Below are positions 29,259 through 39,285 of a DNA stretch of 64,000 bases, one piece after another. The translations under genes and the position numbers were made by a program. Under the pieces are notes generated by a model. The model ran no database searches and had not been told where the DNA came from. It was given only the letters and a program-made list of their open reading frames with translations. Position 1 is the stretch's first letter. Each line of letters opens with the position of its first letter. Where the stretch lies: IMG/VR virus record IMGVR_UViG_3300035670_000155; one strand, given 5' to 3'. Origin of the DNA: an uncultured virus (IMG/VR IMGVR_UViG_3300035670_000155). Its lineage: Duplodnaviria > Heunggongvirae > Uroviricota > Caudoviricetes.

Positions 29259-29638
29259 GCCACTGGCTGAAACATTTCCGAAGGGCCTTGTCTCACGGAA
29301 GGTAATGGGCAAAAGCCATCAGGGCAGCCGCTAATCATATAGTCATCGGGATCGTGGTTGGCAATGTAATCAGCCACTTCTTTACTGGCTTCCATTATTT
29401 TTCGCGCCTTTTCTTCTTCGCCTTCACGAATTTTAGCTAGACGGCTTAAATACCACTGAGCCTTCTTAAGGTCTTCAGCGCCGTTTTTATGCTGATAGCG
29501 CCACAAATATTTAATGCAATTACCCTTGAGAAAGCCCTTGAAACCTTCCAGGCTCATTGATGCCTCAATGGCCTCTATGCATTCGATGGGGCTGCAGGAA
29601 TAATGAAAGGGAGAATTAACAGAGTCGTGCATGGTCAA
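29255..29638 (-). CDS. DUF3310-like protein
   Basis: VNSPFHY...IECIEAI...GNCIKYLWRY..KNGAEDLKKAQWYL. Confidence 0.85.
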   Translation of the reverse strand: MTMHDSVNSPFHYSCSPIECIEAIEASMSLEGFKGFLKGNCIKYLWRYQHKNGAEDLKKAQWYLSRLAKIREGEEEKARKIMEASKEVADYIANHDPDDYMISGCPDGFCPLPSVRQGPSEMFQPVA

Positions 29639-30348
29639 AATTGGTAGTTGTTGGCAGCAAAGGCATCAAAAGCTTCAGAAGCCACTGGCCTTCCAAGGGC
29701 AAAAAGAGCATCGGCATAAGCGACAATTTCGCCTTGAGCGCTTTGCTTGTCTACCCTAAGGCTGATGAAATGAAGCAGGGCTTGCAGCGAGCAAGTCCAA
29801 ACGAAAGAAGTGTACATGGCAGGAGGCAGCACGGCTCGAGCTTGCTCCTTACTCACTCCCATCGTCAGAAGGTCCTCATAGGCCGCCTTGGCCGCCCACA
29901 AGCCGCTTGCATAGGCAAGCCTGGCCCGTTCCTGCATTTCGTCGGCAAGGGGGCCTGCGGAGGCTTGTCGGTTGCTTTCGCTTTGTTGCAAGAAAAGGCT
30001 GGGCATGTAAAACTCAGCATCTTCAGCAGAACAATAGCGATAGCTTTTTTCGTTCCAACCCAATTGATCATCCACATAGGTGCAAGCCACAGTGTGCTTC
30101 CACCATTGCCTAGCGACAAACAACGGGGCCTTCACAAACCATTTGAACACCACTCCTCGAAAGGGGCTTGTATGGTGCTCACGAGCTAAATAGTTCAAGA
30201 GCTTAGCGTCTTTTTCGGACCAGTCGGCAGAAGCCTTTTCAAAGCTTTGCCGAGCATCATTGACCACGGACAAACTATTGCCCATGAAATCAAGCAGTCT
30301 CACCTCGCTGGTGCCGTCTTGAAGGGGATCGATGGAGGGAAGAAGCAT
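29635..30348 (-). CDS. thyX: flavin-dependent thymidylate synthase
   Basis: HTSPF...APLFVARQWWKH...WNEKSYRY...EQARAVLP...HFISLR. Confidence 0.9.
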   Translation of the reverse strand: MLLPSIDPLQDGTSEVRLLDFMGNSLSVVNDARQSFEKASADWSEKDAKLLNYLAREHHTSPFRGVVFKWFVKAPLFVARQWWKHTVACTYVDDQLGWNEKSYRYCSAEDAEFYMPSLFLQQSESNRQASAGPLADEMQERARLAYASGLWAAKAAYEDLLTMGVSKEQARAVLPPAMYTSFVWTCSLQALLHFISLRVDKQSAQGEIVAYADALFALGRPVASEAFDAFAANNYQF

Positions 30349-30578
30349 TAGTCGCTCGAGGAAGAACTGAACATACAGCGCCAAGTAAAAGCAGTGAGCC
30401 ACCACTGCCAAAAGGCGAGGGAGAACGATGGGAAAAAGAATGCGGCGCAAATGCTCAGTAGCCAGCCGTTAATAGCGGAAGCAATGGCAGCAGTGACGAA
30501 CAAAACAAGAAGCTCGCCGTATTTCTCGGCAGTGGTCTTTTCAAGCCGTATCACGAGGGAAAACCGAACGCCTTGCAA
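30348..30578 (-). CDS. small membrane protein
   Basis: Hydrophobic ORF coupled to thyX; start uncertain. Confidence 0.5.
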   Translation of the reverse strand: MQGVRFSLVIRLEKTTAEKYGELLVLFVTAAIASAINGWLLSICAAFFFPSFSLAFWQWWLTAFTWRCMFSSSSSD

Positions 30579-30686
30579 TTGTAGACAAGGCAGTGCTTTT
30601 CGGCAAGCCGTCCGTTTCTTTTCGGCTCTCCTCCATAGCCCTCGTTGGCGCCTGATTAGGCTTAAGAAAAGACTACGCAGAGACTG

Positions 30687-31046
30687 ATGAAATTTTGCTT
30701 GCCGGTTGAGCTAACATTCAATAATCGTCCATTCCATGCGATTATGGGACCCTTTGAGCATTCAGCAGAAAGGGAATTTGCCCTGACAGTCAACAAAAGG
30801 GCCATTGACGACTGCACCGACTTGAAACAGCTCAAGGAAGTATCAAAGAACTTGCTGCAGGGATGGTGCTCCATGCAAACCGGCTTTCAAAGCTTGATGC
30901 TTGAGAACATTCAGCTTCGCCAGGCTATGGCACAGCGGGATAATGATCTGGCCGCTGCTGAGGAAATGCTTAACGAGGCCGCTGAAGTTGTGCAGCAATA
31001 TGCCCAGCAATCATCGAAAGCCAGGCGGAGTCTTTGGCCATGGTAG
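30687..31046 (+). CDS. hypothetical coiled-coil protein
   Basis: ORF with upstream TAGGCT -10-like box. Confidence 0.6.
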   Translation: MKFCLPVELTFNNRPFHAIMGPFEHSAEREFALTVNKRAIDDCTDLKQLKEVSKNLLQGWCSMQTGFQSLMLENIQLRQAMAQRDNDLAAAEEMLNEAAEVVQQYAQQSSKARRSLWPW

Positions 31047-31347
31047 AAGTGAGCAGAAAAATCGTCCAACCGCTCGTGTAGGCGAGATTATACTTGCGGC
31101 AATCTCGCTCATAGCCAGAGCCAGTGACGTGGCGGCCACGATTATAAACACCACCCTGTATTTCGATGCCAATGCGAGAGTCGGGGTGAGCAAAGTCAAG
31201 ACGATACCTTTTTGAACGTTTACTGCGGGAATAACGCTCTTGAAAATCTTTTTCCCAAGCTTCAATGTCGCTATATTCTCGCTCTAGAGAAAGCTGAGGA
31301 TAATGCGCCTGCCAGAGGCTCAGGAATTGATCTTCAAGAGCGCTCAA
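30970..31347 (-). CDS. PD-(D/E)XK endonuclease (Vsr/DUF559-like)
   Basis: YRLDFAHP...IEIQGG...GRH...GYERDCRKYN...GW. Confidence 0.8.
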   Translation of the reverse strand: MSALEDQFLSLWQAHYPQLSLEREYSDIEAWEKDFQERYSRSKRSKRYRLDFAHPDSRIGIEIQGGVYNRGRHVTGSGYERDCRKYNLAYTSGWTIFLLTSTMAKDSAWLSMIAGHIAAQLQRPR

Positions 31348-31349
31348 AG

Positions 31350-31937
31350 CTATACGGCAGCTAGCTGTACCCTAGCGCCTTGGTCTTGATAGTGTCCCTC
31401 GTAAGGCTTGTCAACAGTGCCACAGCGGAAGAAGACAACTTGCGCGATGCCTTCGTTGGCATAGAGCTTCAACGGGAAGGAAGTGGAATTCACTAAGCAC
31501 ATGGTCAAATAGCCAGTCCAGCCAGGTTCGATGGGAAGAATGTTGGCAATCAAGCCAATGCGCCCATAAGTGCTTTTGCCTTCGCACAAAGCAAACACAT
31601 CGTTGGGCATAGTAAAGCGCTCTACGCTCACGCCAAGCCCGAAGCTATGGGGAGGGAGGATGTACCAAGACTCTCCGTCGCCATGATTCAACACAGCTTC
31701 GTAAGGCTGGCAATCGAGCATTTTAGGGTCGAGAATAGGACGATCTGCAGCCCTATATTCTTTCCCATTGAACACCAAAAACTGCTTGTCCGAAAGCCGA
31801 ATGTCATAACCAGCTTGCGAAAGCCCGTAGGAAATGGCCTTGATACCATTGTCAAGCCTGCGCCGCTTTTCACCCACATAGGGCATGAGCAAGTCGTTTT
31901 CGGCAAGTTTGCTGATTTCTTTGTCAGTGAGAAGCAT
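31350..31937 (-). CDS. dcd: dCTP deaminase
   Basis: SYGLSQAGYDIRL, GKSTYGRIG, EPGWTG, YANEGIAQ, YQDQ. Confidence 0.92.
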   Translation of the reverse strand: MLLTDKEISKLAENDLLMPYVGEKRRRLDNGIKAISYGLSQAGYDIRLSDKQFLVFNGKEYRAADRPILDPKMLDCQPYEAVLNHGDGESWYILPPHSFGLGVSVERFTMPNDVFALCEGKSTYGRIGLIANILPIEPGWTGYLTMCLVNSTSFPLKLYANEGIAQVVFFRCGTVDKPYEGHYQDQGARVQLAAV

Positions 31938-31979
31938 GGTTTTAATGAAAGGAAAGAAAGGGGCCGAAGCCCCTTGTGA

Positions 31980-32381
31980 TCATTTGCCAGCGTCCAGCGT
32001 AGGCACTGGCATGCCGCCTTCCGTGGGAACGAAAATGGTACGATTACCTTTTTCGCTGCCTTCTTGAAGGCCAGTGATGTAGAGGTATTGCAAATAGCGA
32101 GGATTGTCTTTAAGACTGTCTCCGATAATGCGATTAGCCTCAGCAACGCCTTTGGCTCGTTCAACTTCAGCCTCTGCAAGCCTGGATGCAGAATCCATTT
32201 TTGCTTGAGCTTCGAGAACGGCCACTTGCCGCGTATATTCAGCTTTCTGAAGTTCAGCCTTGCCATTAAGGCTTTGACTCCACACGTTGTACTGAGGACC
32301 GCCAATTAAAAAGAAGGCGACCAATACAACTCCCGTGACAGTAACTACTGCCATAACAGGGAATTCGTTGTTGTAACGCAT
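31980..32381 (-). CDS. membrane-anchored coiled-coil protein (SPFH/band-7-like)
   Basis: TM plus EAQAK...AEAEVERAKGVAEANRIIG...YLQYL...VPTE. Confidence 0.65.
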   Translation of the reverse strand: MRYNNEFPVMAVVTVTGVVLVAFFLIGGPQYNVWSQSLNGKAELQKAEYTRQVAVLEAQAKMDSASRLAEAEVERAKGVAEANRIIGDSLKDNPRYLQYLYITGLQEGSEKGNRTIFVPTEGGMPVPTLDAGK

Positions 32382-32383
32382 GA

Positions 32384-32635
32384 TCAGAACAGATCGTCAG
32401 AACTGCCCATATTCGTCCACACCGAAGCGTAGCCTTTAGGGGCGTCGCGATCAGCGCCTTTCACTTTGACGCTGCCCGTGTAGCCAGGGGCGCGGTCAGA
32501 AGTGCGACGAGTGTTTTCCCAAACGGCAAGGTCAAGGGAATAGTTGCCGCGATCGTTGGGACCAGCAGCCTTCAGTGCATTGAGCACGTCGGGGGTGAGG
32601 TCGATTGCAGCAGTGATAGGAGGCTTTCCAGCCAT
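32384..32635 (-). CDS. putative small ssDNA-binding protein
   Basis: SDRAPGYTGSV motif, acidic-aromatic C-terminus DDLF, next to the exonuclease. Confidence 0.5.
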   Translation of the reverse strand: MAGKPPITAAIDLTPDVLNALKAAGPNDRGNYSLDLAVWENTRRTSDRAPGYTGSVKVKGADRDAPKGYASVWTNMGSSDDLF

Positions 32636-32685
32636 GGTGTTTCTCCGAGGGAGTGATGGTACAGCCCGTTGTGGGCTCGCCAATC

Positions 32686-33450
32686 TTACCCCTTATCGGT
32701 CGTTAGCGCAAATGCTCGCCCGCCTGGGTAGTGATCATTGAAATATCTCTTTACAGTGTCCGCCATGATACGCTGCTGCGCTATCAGTTCAAAGCCGTCA
32801 AGGTGGACAAGCTGAAGCAGGCTCTTGCCATTCTCTTCCTCTGGGTCAAAACAGGAAATGACGCACCAAGCCTCGTCGATGGAGGTGTCGTACATTTGTT
32901 CTGCTGCCATTGAATAGGCCCCGAGCTGCCGCTTGTAATCGGCTAGCTGGTAGTCAGGCTTCTCTTTGAAGCTCGTCTTCCAATCAATGAGAGCAATGCG
33001 ACCATCACCCATTTTTGCGACCATATCGAGCGTGCCGCTATAGCCAATTTTTTCATCAAGATCGAACCAGGCCACTGCGCTTTCAACCAGAACAGGCTCT
33101 GCAATGTGCTCCAAGAATGGATCGACTGTCTGAAAATAAACAGCCCATTCTGGCGCCTTGTCTAAATGATGCTCAATATCTTCTCCATTGAACCAATCTT
33201 CAATCACGCCATGGAGCCAAGTGCCGCGATTAGCAGCAAGACGAGTGCGTCTATTAGCTTCATCGTTCCCTACGCGCTTCCGCCAATTCATGATGGCCAT
33301 GATTTTTGCCACTGGTGCCATGGAAGACAGAACAGTGGTAACGGAAGGAAGGAGCATACCCTCTGGCACATTTGGAAAGCCCAAGCATTGATAATGCCTC
33401 TTTCCATTGAGGCTGATGCGGTTGGGCTCAAAGCGCTCAAATGAGGGCAT
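32686..33450 (-). CDS. PD-(D/E)XK exonuclease
   Basis: PSVTTVL...RGTWLH...YSGTLD...IDWKTS...QLGAY. Confidence 0.85.
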   Translation of the reverse strand: MPSFERFEPNRISLNGKRHYQCLGFPNVPEGMLLPSVTTVLSSMAPVAKIMAIMNWRKRVGNDEANRRTRLAANRGTWLHGVIEDWFNGEDIEHHLDKAPEWAVYFQTVDPFLEHIAEPVLVESAVAWFDLDEKIGYSGTLDMVAKMGDGRIALIDWKTSFKEKPDYQLADYKRQLGAYSMAAEQMYDTSIDEAWCVISCFDPEEENGKSLLQLVHLDGFELIAQQRIMADTVKRYFNDHYPGGRAFALTTDKG

Positions 33451-33625
33451 GATTTTCTCGAGAGCAAGGTCGTAGCAAGCCACTATGGCCCCTATCGACT
33501 AGGAATGCAATAGCCTCCTGAACTGTAGTAGCCAAGCGGGCAAGAGCCATTCTTGACAATTGGCTGATTGCAGGCCATCACTGGCGAAGCAAGAAGGACG
33601 ATGGAGAAAAGCGAAAGGAAAATAG

Positions 33626-33877
33626 TCATCGTAAAAGATCGTAGGAATCAACAATTGCGCCAGTGTCGCGGTCCCAGCAGGTGTGGCAGTCGGGGCATTG
33701 ATAGGCAATGCAACGATCTTGCTGCCAGGAGCTAATGGCAATCACTCGTGAGAACCATTTGCTATTTCCGAATAACGAACGGCTTTTTTCTGGAATGGGC
33801 TTGTCATGCCAGAGTGTCCCGCACTCGGGACAGTGGGAAATGTCAGAGAAGGAGCGAGGTTTGGGCAGGCTGATCAT
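33626..33877 (-). CDS. zinc-ribbon protein
   Basis: CPECG...CPDC. Confidence 0.6.
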   Translation of the reverse strand: MISLPKPRSFSDISHCPECGTLWHDKPIPEKSRSLFGNSKWFSRVIAISSWQQDRCIAYQCPDCHTCWDRDTGAIVDSYDLLR

Positions 33878-33958
33878 AATCTTCAGAGAGAGGGGCACCT
33901 TCAGCATCAAGGGCAACTGCGCCCGCGAAAACTCTCGCGAGCGCTGCTGCTGCCCTGT

Positions 33959-34933
33959 CTACTTTTTTGCCTCCACATAGGCCCTCACTGCTTCAACGGC
34001 ACTGTCAGCTCCTTTGAGGCAAGCTTCACGAAGCTCGTCAATGTCTTTTCCCATTGCAGCTTTTGTGATTTTGATGCCTTCTTCCTTCACCCATGCAGCA
34101 ACCATGGAGGTGACGACATTGGCGAACATTGCAGCATCTTTGATGTCCTCGCCTTTGGACAGGCCCACGGTTTCAAGGGCTCGCTTGCCAGCCATCATGC
34201 TGCTGCGTTCGTCTGCGTGGAGGAACAGATTGGCTTTACAGAAGCTGAGAAGTGCTCCTTTGCCATCAAATTCGGCGGTTCCATTGGAGGCAGCAGCCCC
34301 CTCGCTTCCAACTGTTGCAGCAGGTTCTGTAGCCTTTTGCTCTTTCGCGACAGTCCGCACTTCAGGCTTCGTAGTCGTCTGTTGGAGCGGGAGCCTGGGC
34401 GATTGCTCTTTTTCATCGTCTGCTTTGGGAACGTCTTCACCCGCATAAAGCTTGAGCCCAAGGCCGGTGAAGGTGGCAATGCACTTCACGGAAGCGCGTT
34501 GGATGTTGTCGCTCACCTGACGAGCGTCCAATGCTTTCACTGCATTGTGCTTGTTGTCCATCACGGGAAACACCAGCGCGGGTGTGCGCTTGATGCCGTC
34601 TGTGAGATAGGGACGCAGCAGCCAACAGCCCTCCTGGCCAAATACGGGCCAGCCAGCTTCCTTTTCTTCAAAGGCCACATAAACAGTCGGAAATTGCTCC
34701 TTCAAATAGCGGAAAGCAAAAGGCCACGAAAGATAGGAGAGGCCCTTGTAGTTCTTCTCCACATGATCGCCAATTGGCAGTTCGTAAGCCTTGGTAAAGG
34801 CTTCTGGAGAAATTTCGAGAGGGCTGAAATGGCCAAGCATGCGCTCAGTGAGCATTGCTTCGTTGACGGCAGTAACGGGCAGAGTCATATTTTGGAAATG
34901 GGCAGGGTCGTAAAAGAGAAGAGAAGAGTTCAT
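33959..34933 (-). CDS. ssDNA annealing recombinase (DUF1071/Sak3-like)
   Basis: VEKNYKGLSYLSW...PVMDNKHNA...IQRASVKCIA..GLGLKLYAGED. Confidence 0.85.
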   Translation of the reverse strand: MNSSLLFYDPAHFQNMTLPVTAVNEAMLTERMLGHFSPLEISPEAFTKAYELPIGDHVEKNYKGLSYLSWPFAFRYLKEQFPTVYVAFEEKEAGWPVFGQEGCWLLRPYLTDGIKRTPALVFPVMDNKHNAVKALDARQVSDNIQRASVKCIATFTGLGLKLYAGEDVPKADDEKEQSPRLPLQQTTTKPEVRTVAKEQKATEPAATVGSEGAAASNGTAEFDGKGALLSFCKANLFLHADERSSMMAGKRALETVGLSKGEDIKDAAMFANVVTSMVAAWVKEEGIKITKAAMGKDIDELREACLKGADSAVEAVRAYVEAKK

Positions 34934-35112
34934 TCTGCCTCTTCTTTTGTCGGGAAGTCGAGGCCGGTGAACACAAGAATTGTGCCATCGTCGTCTCTCA
35001 TTGCCTCCAAAGAACCAATGATCACGCCAGTGTCCTGCTCAAACATTTGCATGATGGCGGAAACGTGCTGATCAAACTCATCGAGCCTGGCGGTAAATTC
35101 TTCTAAAGTCAT
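34930..35112 (-). CDS. hypothetical protein
   Basis: Coupled ORF. Confidence 0.55.
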   Translation of the reverse strand: MTLEEFTARLDEFDQHVSAIMQMFEQDTGVIIGSLEAMRDDDGTILVFTGLDFPTKEEAE

Positions 35113-35375
35113 GCCACCTCCTTAGCGGAATCGAGCTTGTAATGGTTGTCATAGAAAATGACCACCTTCTGAGCCTTTTCCCCTTCTGTAAAGCACAAGC
35201 TTTTGCCGGGGAGTGGCCAGTCTTCTAAAAGGCGAATGTCGCTAATGCCTTCGGTGGAGGCTTCGTCGTAGCCTTCGTCAAGAGCAGTTTCTTCAAAGCA
35301 AAGAAACACTTCTGCATTATTGCCAGCTTGGTGGCGAGCTTTGTCCAGGGTGTCAATCAAGGTGCCCAGCTTCAT
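35109..35375 (-). CDS. hypothetical protein
   Basis: Resembles the upstream gene (MKLxxL...DKA...LPG.SL...IFY). Confidence 0.6.
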   Translation of the reverse strand: MKLGTLIDTLDKARHQAGNNAEVFLCFEETALDEGYDEASTEGISDIRLLEDWPLPGKSLCFTEGEKAQKVVIFYDNHYKLDSAKEVA

Positions 35376-35378
35376 GAT

Positions 35379-35621
35379 TCAATCCTCGTAAAAAATGCAA
35401 GCAAAGCGAGAAGCTGGAGCGCTGGAAGCCTCGTCTTCTTCTTTGTCTAATGATTCGCCAGGAAGAGAGCCAGAGGTGCTTAAAATACGAAGCTTAATCG
35501 AGTGCATCTCCTCGGGGCTGTCCACGTCAAAGGCATAGTCTTGACTAAAAGCACCCGCTTCCATGTCGCCATATTTTTCAATGGCCTTGTCGCACAATGC
35601 GCGGAGTTTAGAGAGTTTCAT
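35379..35621 (-). CDS. hypothetical protein
   Basis: Tandem paralog of 35109-35375. Confidence 0.6.
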   Translation of the reverse strand: MKLSKLRALCDKAIEKYGDMEAGAFSQDYAFDVDSPEEMHSIKLRILSTSGSLPGESLDKEEDEASSAPASRFACIFYED

Positions 35622-35835
35622 GAGAAGAAAGAGAAAAGTCAGTCACTTCAGGCCACACCTCATCGGAAAGAGTGAAGCGACCCTCGGAAATGTGTTGGCA
35701 GCGCACGATGCGCTCGATGGTTTCACTTTTGGAAATGCCCGCTTCTTGCGCCAGTCGGCACAGATGCTCGTGGGCTTGGTCCGAAAGCGTAAAATGGCGA
35801 CGCTTCTTGCCGCCTTCGTAAAAGCTTCTGGGCAA
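35608..35835 (-). CDS. ribbon-helix-helix (CopG-like) regulator
   Basis: RRHFTLSDQAHEHL..LA...GISKSETIERIVR. Confidence 0.7.
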   Translation of the reverse strand: MPRSFYEGGKKRRHFTLSDQAHEHLCRLAQEAGISKSETIERIVRCQHISEGRFTLSDEVWPEVTDFSLSSHETL

Positions 35836-36000
35836 TGGCCACTTGCGAAGGACTTCCTGACTTTAGGCCCACAATGCCCTTTTGCAAGCCTTTGGGCCAT
35901 CAGCGTTGCTTATGGGCCGTGCCTTAAGGCATTAACCATTTTGCTTGCAGCTACTGGCCAGGGCTGCCATGATAGAGGGCGCTTCCCTTCTTGCCGCTGA

Positions 36001-37980
36001 ATGGCGTTTTCCATCCTTGACCACCTTGAGCAGCTCGAACCCAGCAACGAGCCGGGCAAGTTTGTCTGTCCTGCATGCGGCGGCAATGACTTTACAGTCA
36101 ACAAGAGCACTGGCGGCTACAACTGCTGGCACGACGCTTCGCCCATGCACAGGGCTGAAATCAGGGATGCCCTTGCCCCCTTGTCTCGATGGGAAAAGCC
36201 ATCTCGCGAGCCCGGCCTGCATCATTTCTCTTATTACAACAATGAAGCCAAGGAAGTAGTTATTGTCCATCGCGATGATTCTTCAGGCGCAAAGCGCATT
36301 TGGCAAGATTTTCCCACAATCAAGAACGGCGAGAATCATAAAACTCAGCTTCAAGAAGTGAAGGCAAACGTGCTGCCTTTTCGTTACAAAGAAGCAATGG
36401 AGAAGAGTAATGAAACTGGCCTGCCTATTTTCATTGTTGAAGGAGAACTCACTTGCCAAGCAGTTTGGGCTCTTGACATTCCTTGCGTCACTTTCTTGGG
36501 GGGAAGCAAACAATATCGCACCAATGGAGATTATTCCGGCTTGTTCCGCAACAAGCAAGTGGTGCTTTGCCCCGACAGGGACCAGCAGGGTGTGGCCTTC
36601 ATGGCAGAAGTGGCCACTGACAATCCTGGAGCGCAGTGGCTATATGCTGACCCTCGTAGCTGGGAATGGGACAATCTCCCGCCCGGCAACGGCTACGACC
36701 TGGCCGACTACATCGAAGAAGGTGCCACTAAAGACGATCTGCTTGCTTCCATTGGAGCCTGTCGCCACAAAGGGCGTGATGGCAAGCCTTCTTACGAAGA
36801 GATTGTCTCCACCATTGAAAATTTTGTTGGCCTCTATGCCAATGATGCTCGCGTGGCTTATGAGACCGTGCTGTGGATGGAACAGCATGGCTTGAAGATG
36901 AGCCAGCAAAACATTGACAGAATTATTGATGAAGCCAAAGCTCGCATTTACGGCAGGGAGGAAATTGAAACCATTGATGCTCTCACCATTGCAGGCTCCG
37001 ACAAGGCTAGGGAATGGCTCATTGCAGGCATCATCCCTTTGGGAAGCGTGATGCTTCTGGCTGCCTCAGGCGGCACCGGCAAGAGCACTGTGGCTTACAA
37101 CTGGGCTCTCAATGTGGCACTGGGGCAGCCATGGAGCGGTAGAAGGTGCATGAAGGGCAAGAGCCTGATCATCCAAAGCGACGAGCCTCTTGTGGACACC
37201 AGCGAGAAGTTGGGCGTGATTGGCTATGAAGATGCGGGCCTTGCTCCTGGCACCATCAGCTTCTGGGAGAACTGGCGCTTTGCCCATATGAAACAGCTTG
37301 AGGACCATGTGAGGAAGCATCGCCCTTTGTTTGTTGCCATTGACTCTCTCACTGCTTGCCTTGCTGGCATGAACGTAGATTTGATCAAGAGCAATGCTGG
37401 TGATGTGATTTACGGACTGAGAGACATTGCCAATACATATCGCTGTTCTATTCTCATTCTTCACCATTTGAACAAAAGCGGAGGCCTGCGGGATAGCACT
37501 AGTTTTGTTGACAACGTTAGTGAAGTGGTGAAGCTCACTCGCGACGAGCAAAATTACGACCCTAATCAATTCATTCTCGAATGGTTGAAAAGCAGGAGCG
37601 GTCTCACTGGCAAGCATTCGCTACAGCGTGATGCGCTTAATTATGGCTGGCGCTATACGGGGCCGATGGGTGGCAGTCTTGAGGAGCTTGACAGGGTGGT
37701 CAATGCCATCAACATGCGCAAGACAGAACGATTCACGAAGCAGCAGGCAGCCATGCTTTGTGGCAACTTTGAAACCTCCTCCACTGGTAAGATGCTCGAG
37801 GTGGCCAGGCGGCAAGGCCTGATCACTAGCAGTTTCATCAATGGTCCCAATGGAGAAAAGCAGCGTCTTTACCATGCTTGGGAGTGGGAAGAACCCCTTG
37901 ACAACGACGAGCCCTTTGTTCCGTCCGCTCCCATTGTCCCTGCTGTGGCCGAAGAGCCCGCGCTCGAAGATATTTTCTGA
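36001..37980 (+). CDS. primase-helicase fusion (Zn finger, TOPRIM, RepA-like SF4 helicase)
   Basis: CPACG; IVEGE...CPDRDQQG...DLAD; Walker A ASGGTGKS; IDSL...ILHHLNK. Confidence 0.88.
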   Translation: MAFSILDHLEQLEPSNEPGKFVCPACGGNDFTVNKSTGGYNCWHDASPMHRAEIRDALAPLSRWEKPSREPGLHHFSYYNNEAKEVVIVHRDDSSGAKRIWQDFPTIKNGENHKTQLQEVKANVLPFRYKEAMEKSNETGLPIFIVEGELTCQAVWALDIPCVTFLGGSKQYRTNGDYSGLFRNKQVVLCPDRDQQGVAFMAEVATDNPGAQWLYADPRSWEWDNLPPGNGYDLADYIEEGATKDDLLASIGACRHKGRDGKPSYEEIVSTIENFVGLYANDARVAYETVLWMEQHGLKMSQQNIDRIIDEAKARIYGREEIETIDALTIAGSDKAREWLIAGIIPLGSVMLLAASGGTGKSTVAYNWALNVALGQPWSGRRCMKGKSLIIQSDEPLVDTSEKLGVIGYEDAGLAPGTISFWENWRFAHMKQLEDHVRKHRPLFVAIDSLTACLAGMNVDLIKSNAGDVIYGLRDIANTYRCSILILHHLNKSGGLRDSTSFVDNVSEVVKLTRDEQNYDPNQFILEWLKSRSGLTGKHSLQRDALNYGWRYTGPMGGSLEELDRVVNAINMRKTERFTKQQAAMLCGNFETSSTGKMLEVARRQGLITSSFINGPNGEKQRLYHAWEWEEPLDNDEPFVPSAPIVPAVAEEPALEDIF

Positions 37981-38187
37981 GCTAGTGGGCGAAGCTTTCA
38001 AGCAATAAAAAGCCCTCCTTTTGGAGGGCAAAGAATCAACTGGCATCTTTCCTGAGGCTTTTCCAACGTTCTCGCTCAAGAGCCTTTTCTTCTGAGCGCT
38101 GTTTTCCATAGAGCCAGGCGCTTGTTGATTGTCCTGGCTTAGGACCATTGCGGGGGAGGCGAATGATCTTTGGTTCTTCTGGAGGAG

Positions 38188-38406
38188 TCATGAGAAGAAA
38201 TCTTTTTCAAAGGACGATTTTCTTTCTTCGTTAGCTTTAACCACGTCGGAAGGGTGGGGAAGCTTAAGAGCAGTGCGAAGGGTGTCGCTCTCGAAGGCGA
38301 GAAGGCGCACCATGTCAGCAGTGGTGATGTTGCACTCTGGAAAGCGAGGAGCAACAATCTCCACGATTTCCAAATAGGCGCGTTTGTAGTCCATTTCTTG
38401 AGTCAT
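38188..38406 (-). CDS. hypothetical protein
   Basis: Last ORF of the minus-strand small-gene operon. Confidence 0.55.
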   Translation of the reverse strand: MTQEMDYKRAYLEIVEIVAPRFPECNITTADMVRLLAFESDTLRTALKLPHPSDVVKANEERKSSFEKDFFS

Positions 38407-38618
38407 TGATCCTCCAGTTCGGTGGCGATGGCGAGGAGTTTTTGGCGAATGTCATCCTGCCTGCGATTAGTTGATAGTGGAGCCACCTGATCCGCAGCAG
38501 CTCGCAGGGCAGCGGCAAGACCAAGCATGTCTTCTTCGTCAAGCGCACGGTCACGGGCTTTCCAGCAGGCTTCCAGCACCGTCTGCGTGACTGGGGAGAG
38601 GTTAGTCGTTGAGGCCAT
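38403..38618 (-). CDS. hypothetical protein (LSP...AAALRAAADQV family)
   Basis: Recurrent cyanophage small-protein motif; start uncertain. Confidence 0.6.
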   Translation of the reverse strand: MASTTNLSPVTQTVLEACWKARDRALDEEDMLGLAAALRAAADQVAPLSTNRRQDDIRQKLLAIATELEDQ

Positions 38619-38793
38619 TGAGATACTCATTTTGTGAAATTGTTGGCAGTGGATCACCAAGCGCTTCAAGAGCGCAGATCATGCACCAATACCCTTCGTG
38701 ACCTTCGATGGTGCTTGCAATAGTGTGTGGATGTGTTCCGTGTTTCGGGCAAATAACGCCAGGACCAGCCCACGTGTAGAGGAAATCAGTCAT
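38602..38793 (-). CDS. small zinc-binding protein
   Basis: CPKH...CMIC. Confidence 0.55.
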   Translation of the reverse strand: MTDFLYTWAGPGVICPKHGTHPHTIASTIEGHEGYWCMICALEALGDPLPTISQNEYLNGLND

Positions 38794-39107
38794 TGATTCC
38801 CCCAGCGAGCGAGGACAGCGTGGCAGATTTCCCATAAAGCTTCTGCACTTTCAAGGTCGTCGTTGTATTCTCCATTGCCATTTAGGTGAAACTCAAACTC
38901 CTCACAAAGTTCTGAAATGTCATCAAGCGTCGGCCCCTGCGGCTCGCGCCTAGTGTTCTGTCCAAGGAACTCCACCATCAAGCGATGGGCTTCACCAGCG
39001 TCAGCAATGAACTGGTCCCGGTAGTGGAAGCCTTCTTTTTCGAGGCGCAACACCTCTTCAGTTGATGGAGAACAGAATTTAATGCAGTTGGCGGGATGGT
39101 CAGTCAT
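38790..39107 (-). CDS. hypothetical mosaic protein
   Basis: EPQGPT...AVLARWG motif; ATGA coupling. Confidence 0.6.
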   Translation of the reverse strand: MTDHPANCIKFCSPSTEEVLRLEKEGFHYRDQFIADAGEAHRLMVEFLGQNTRREPQGPTLDDISELCEEFEFHLNGNGEYNDDLESAEALWEICHAVLARWGNQ

Positions 39108-39285
39108 CGTAGTGTGGGTAGCAAAAGAGTTTTTCAATGCGTTCAAGCTCAATCTCAAACTGTTCAGCTATGCAAAACGGTTGACAATTATGAGCTTCGG
39201 CTAGCTCGCTTAACTGAAAACACGTTACTTCACGAAGCTTTTCAAGAATAAAACAACGTAAGGCGCGTTTATGCACTAGCTTCAT
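39100..39285 (-). CDS. hypothetical protein
   Basis: AT-richer coupled ORF. Confidence 0.5.
   Translation of the reverse strand: MKLVHKRALRCFILEKLREVTCFQLSELAEAHNCQPFCIAEQFEIELERIEKLFCYPHYDD

Noticed and set aside
38603..38617. Extra TAG-N9-CTA-like site (TGGCCTCAACGACTA, minus strand) at a gene junction
   Set aside because: Isolated, mismatched and explicable by stop/start overlap
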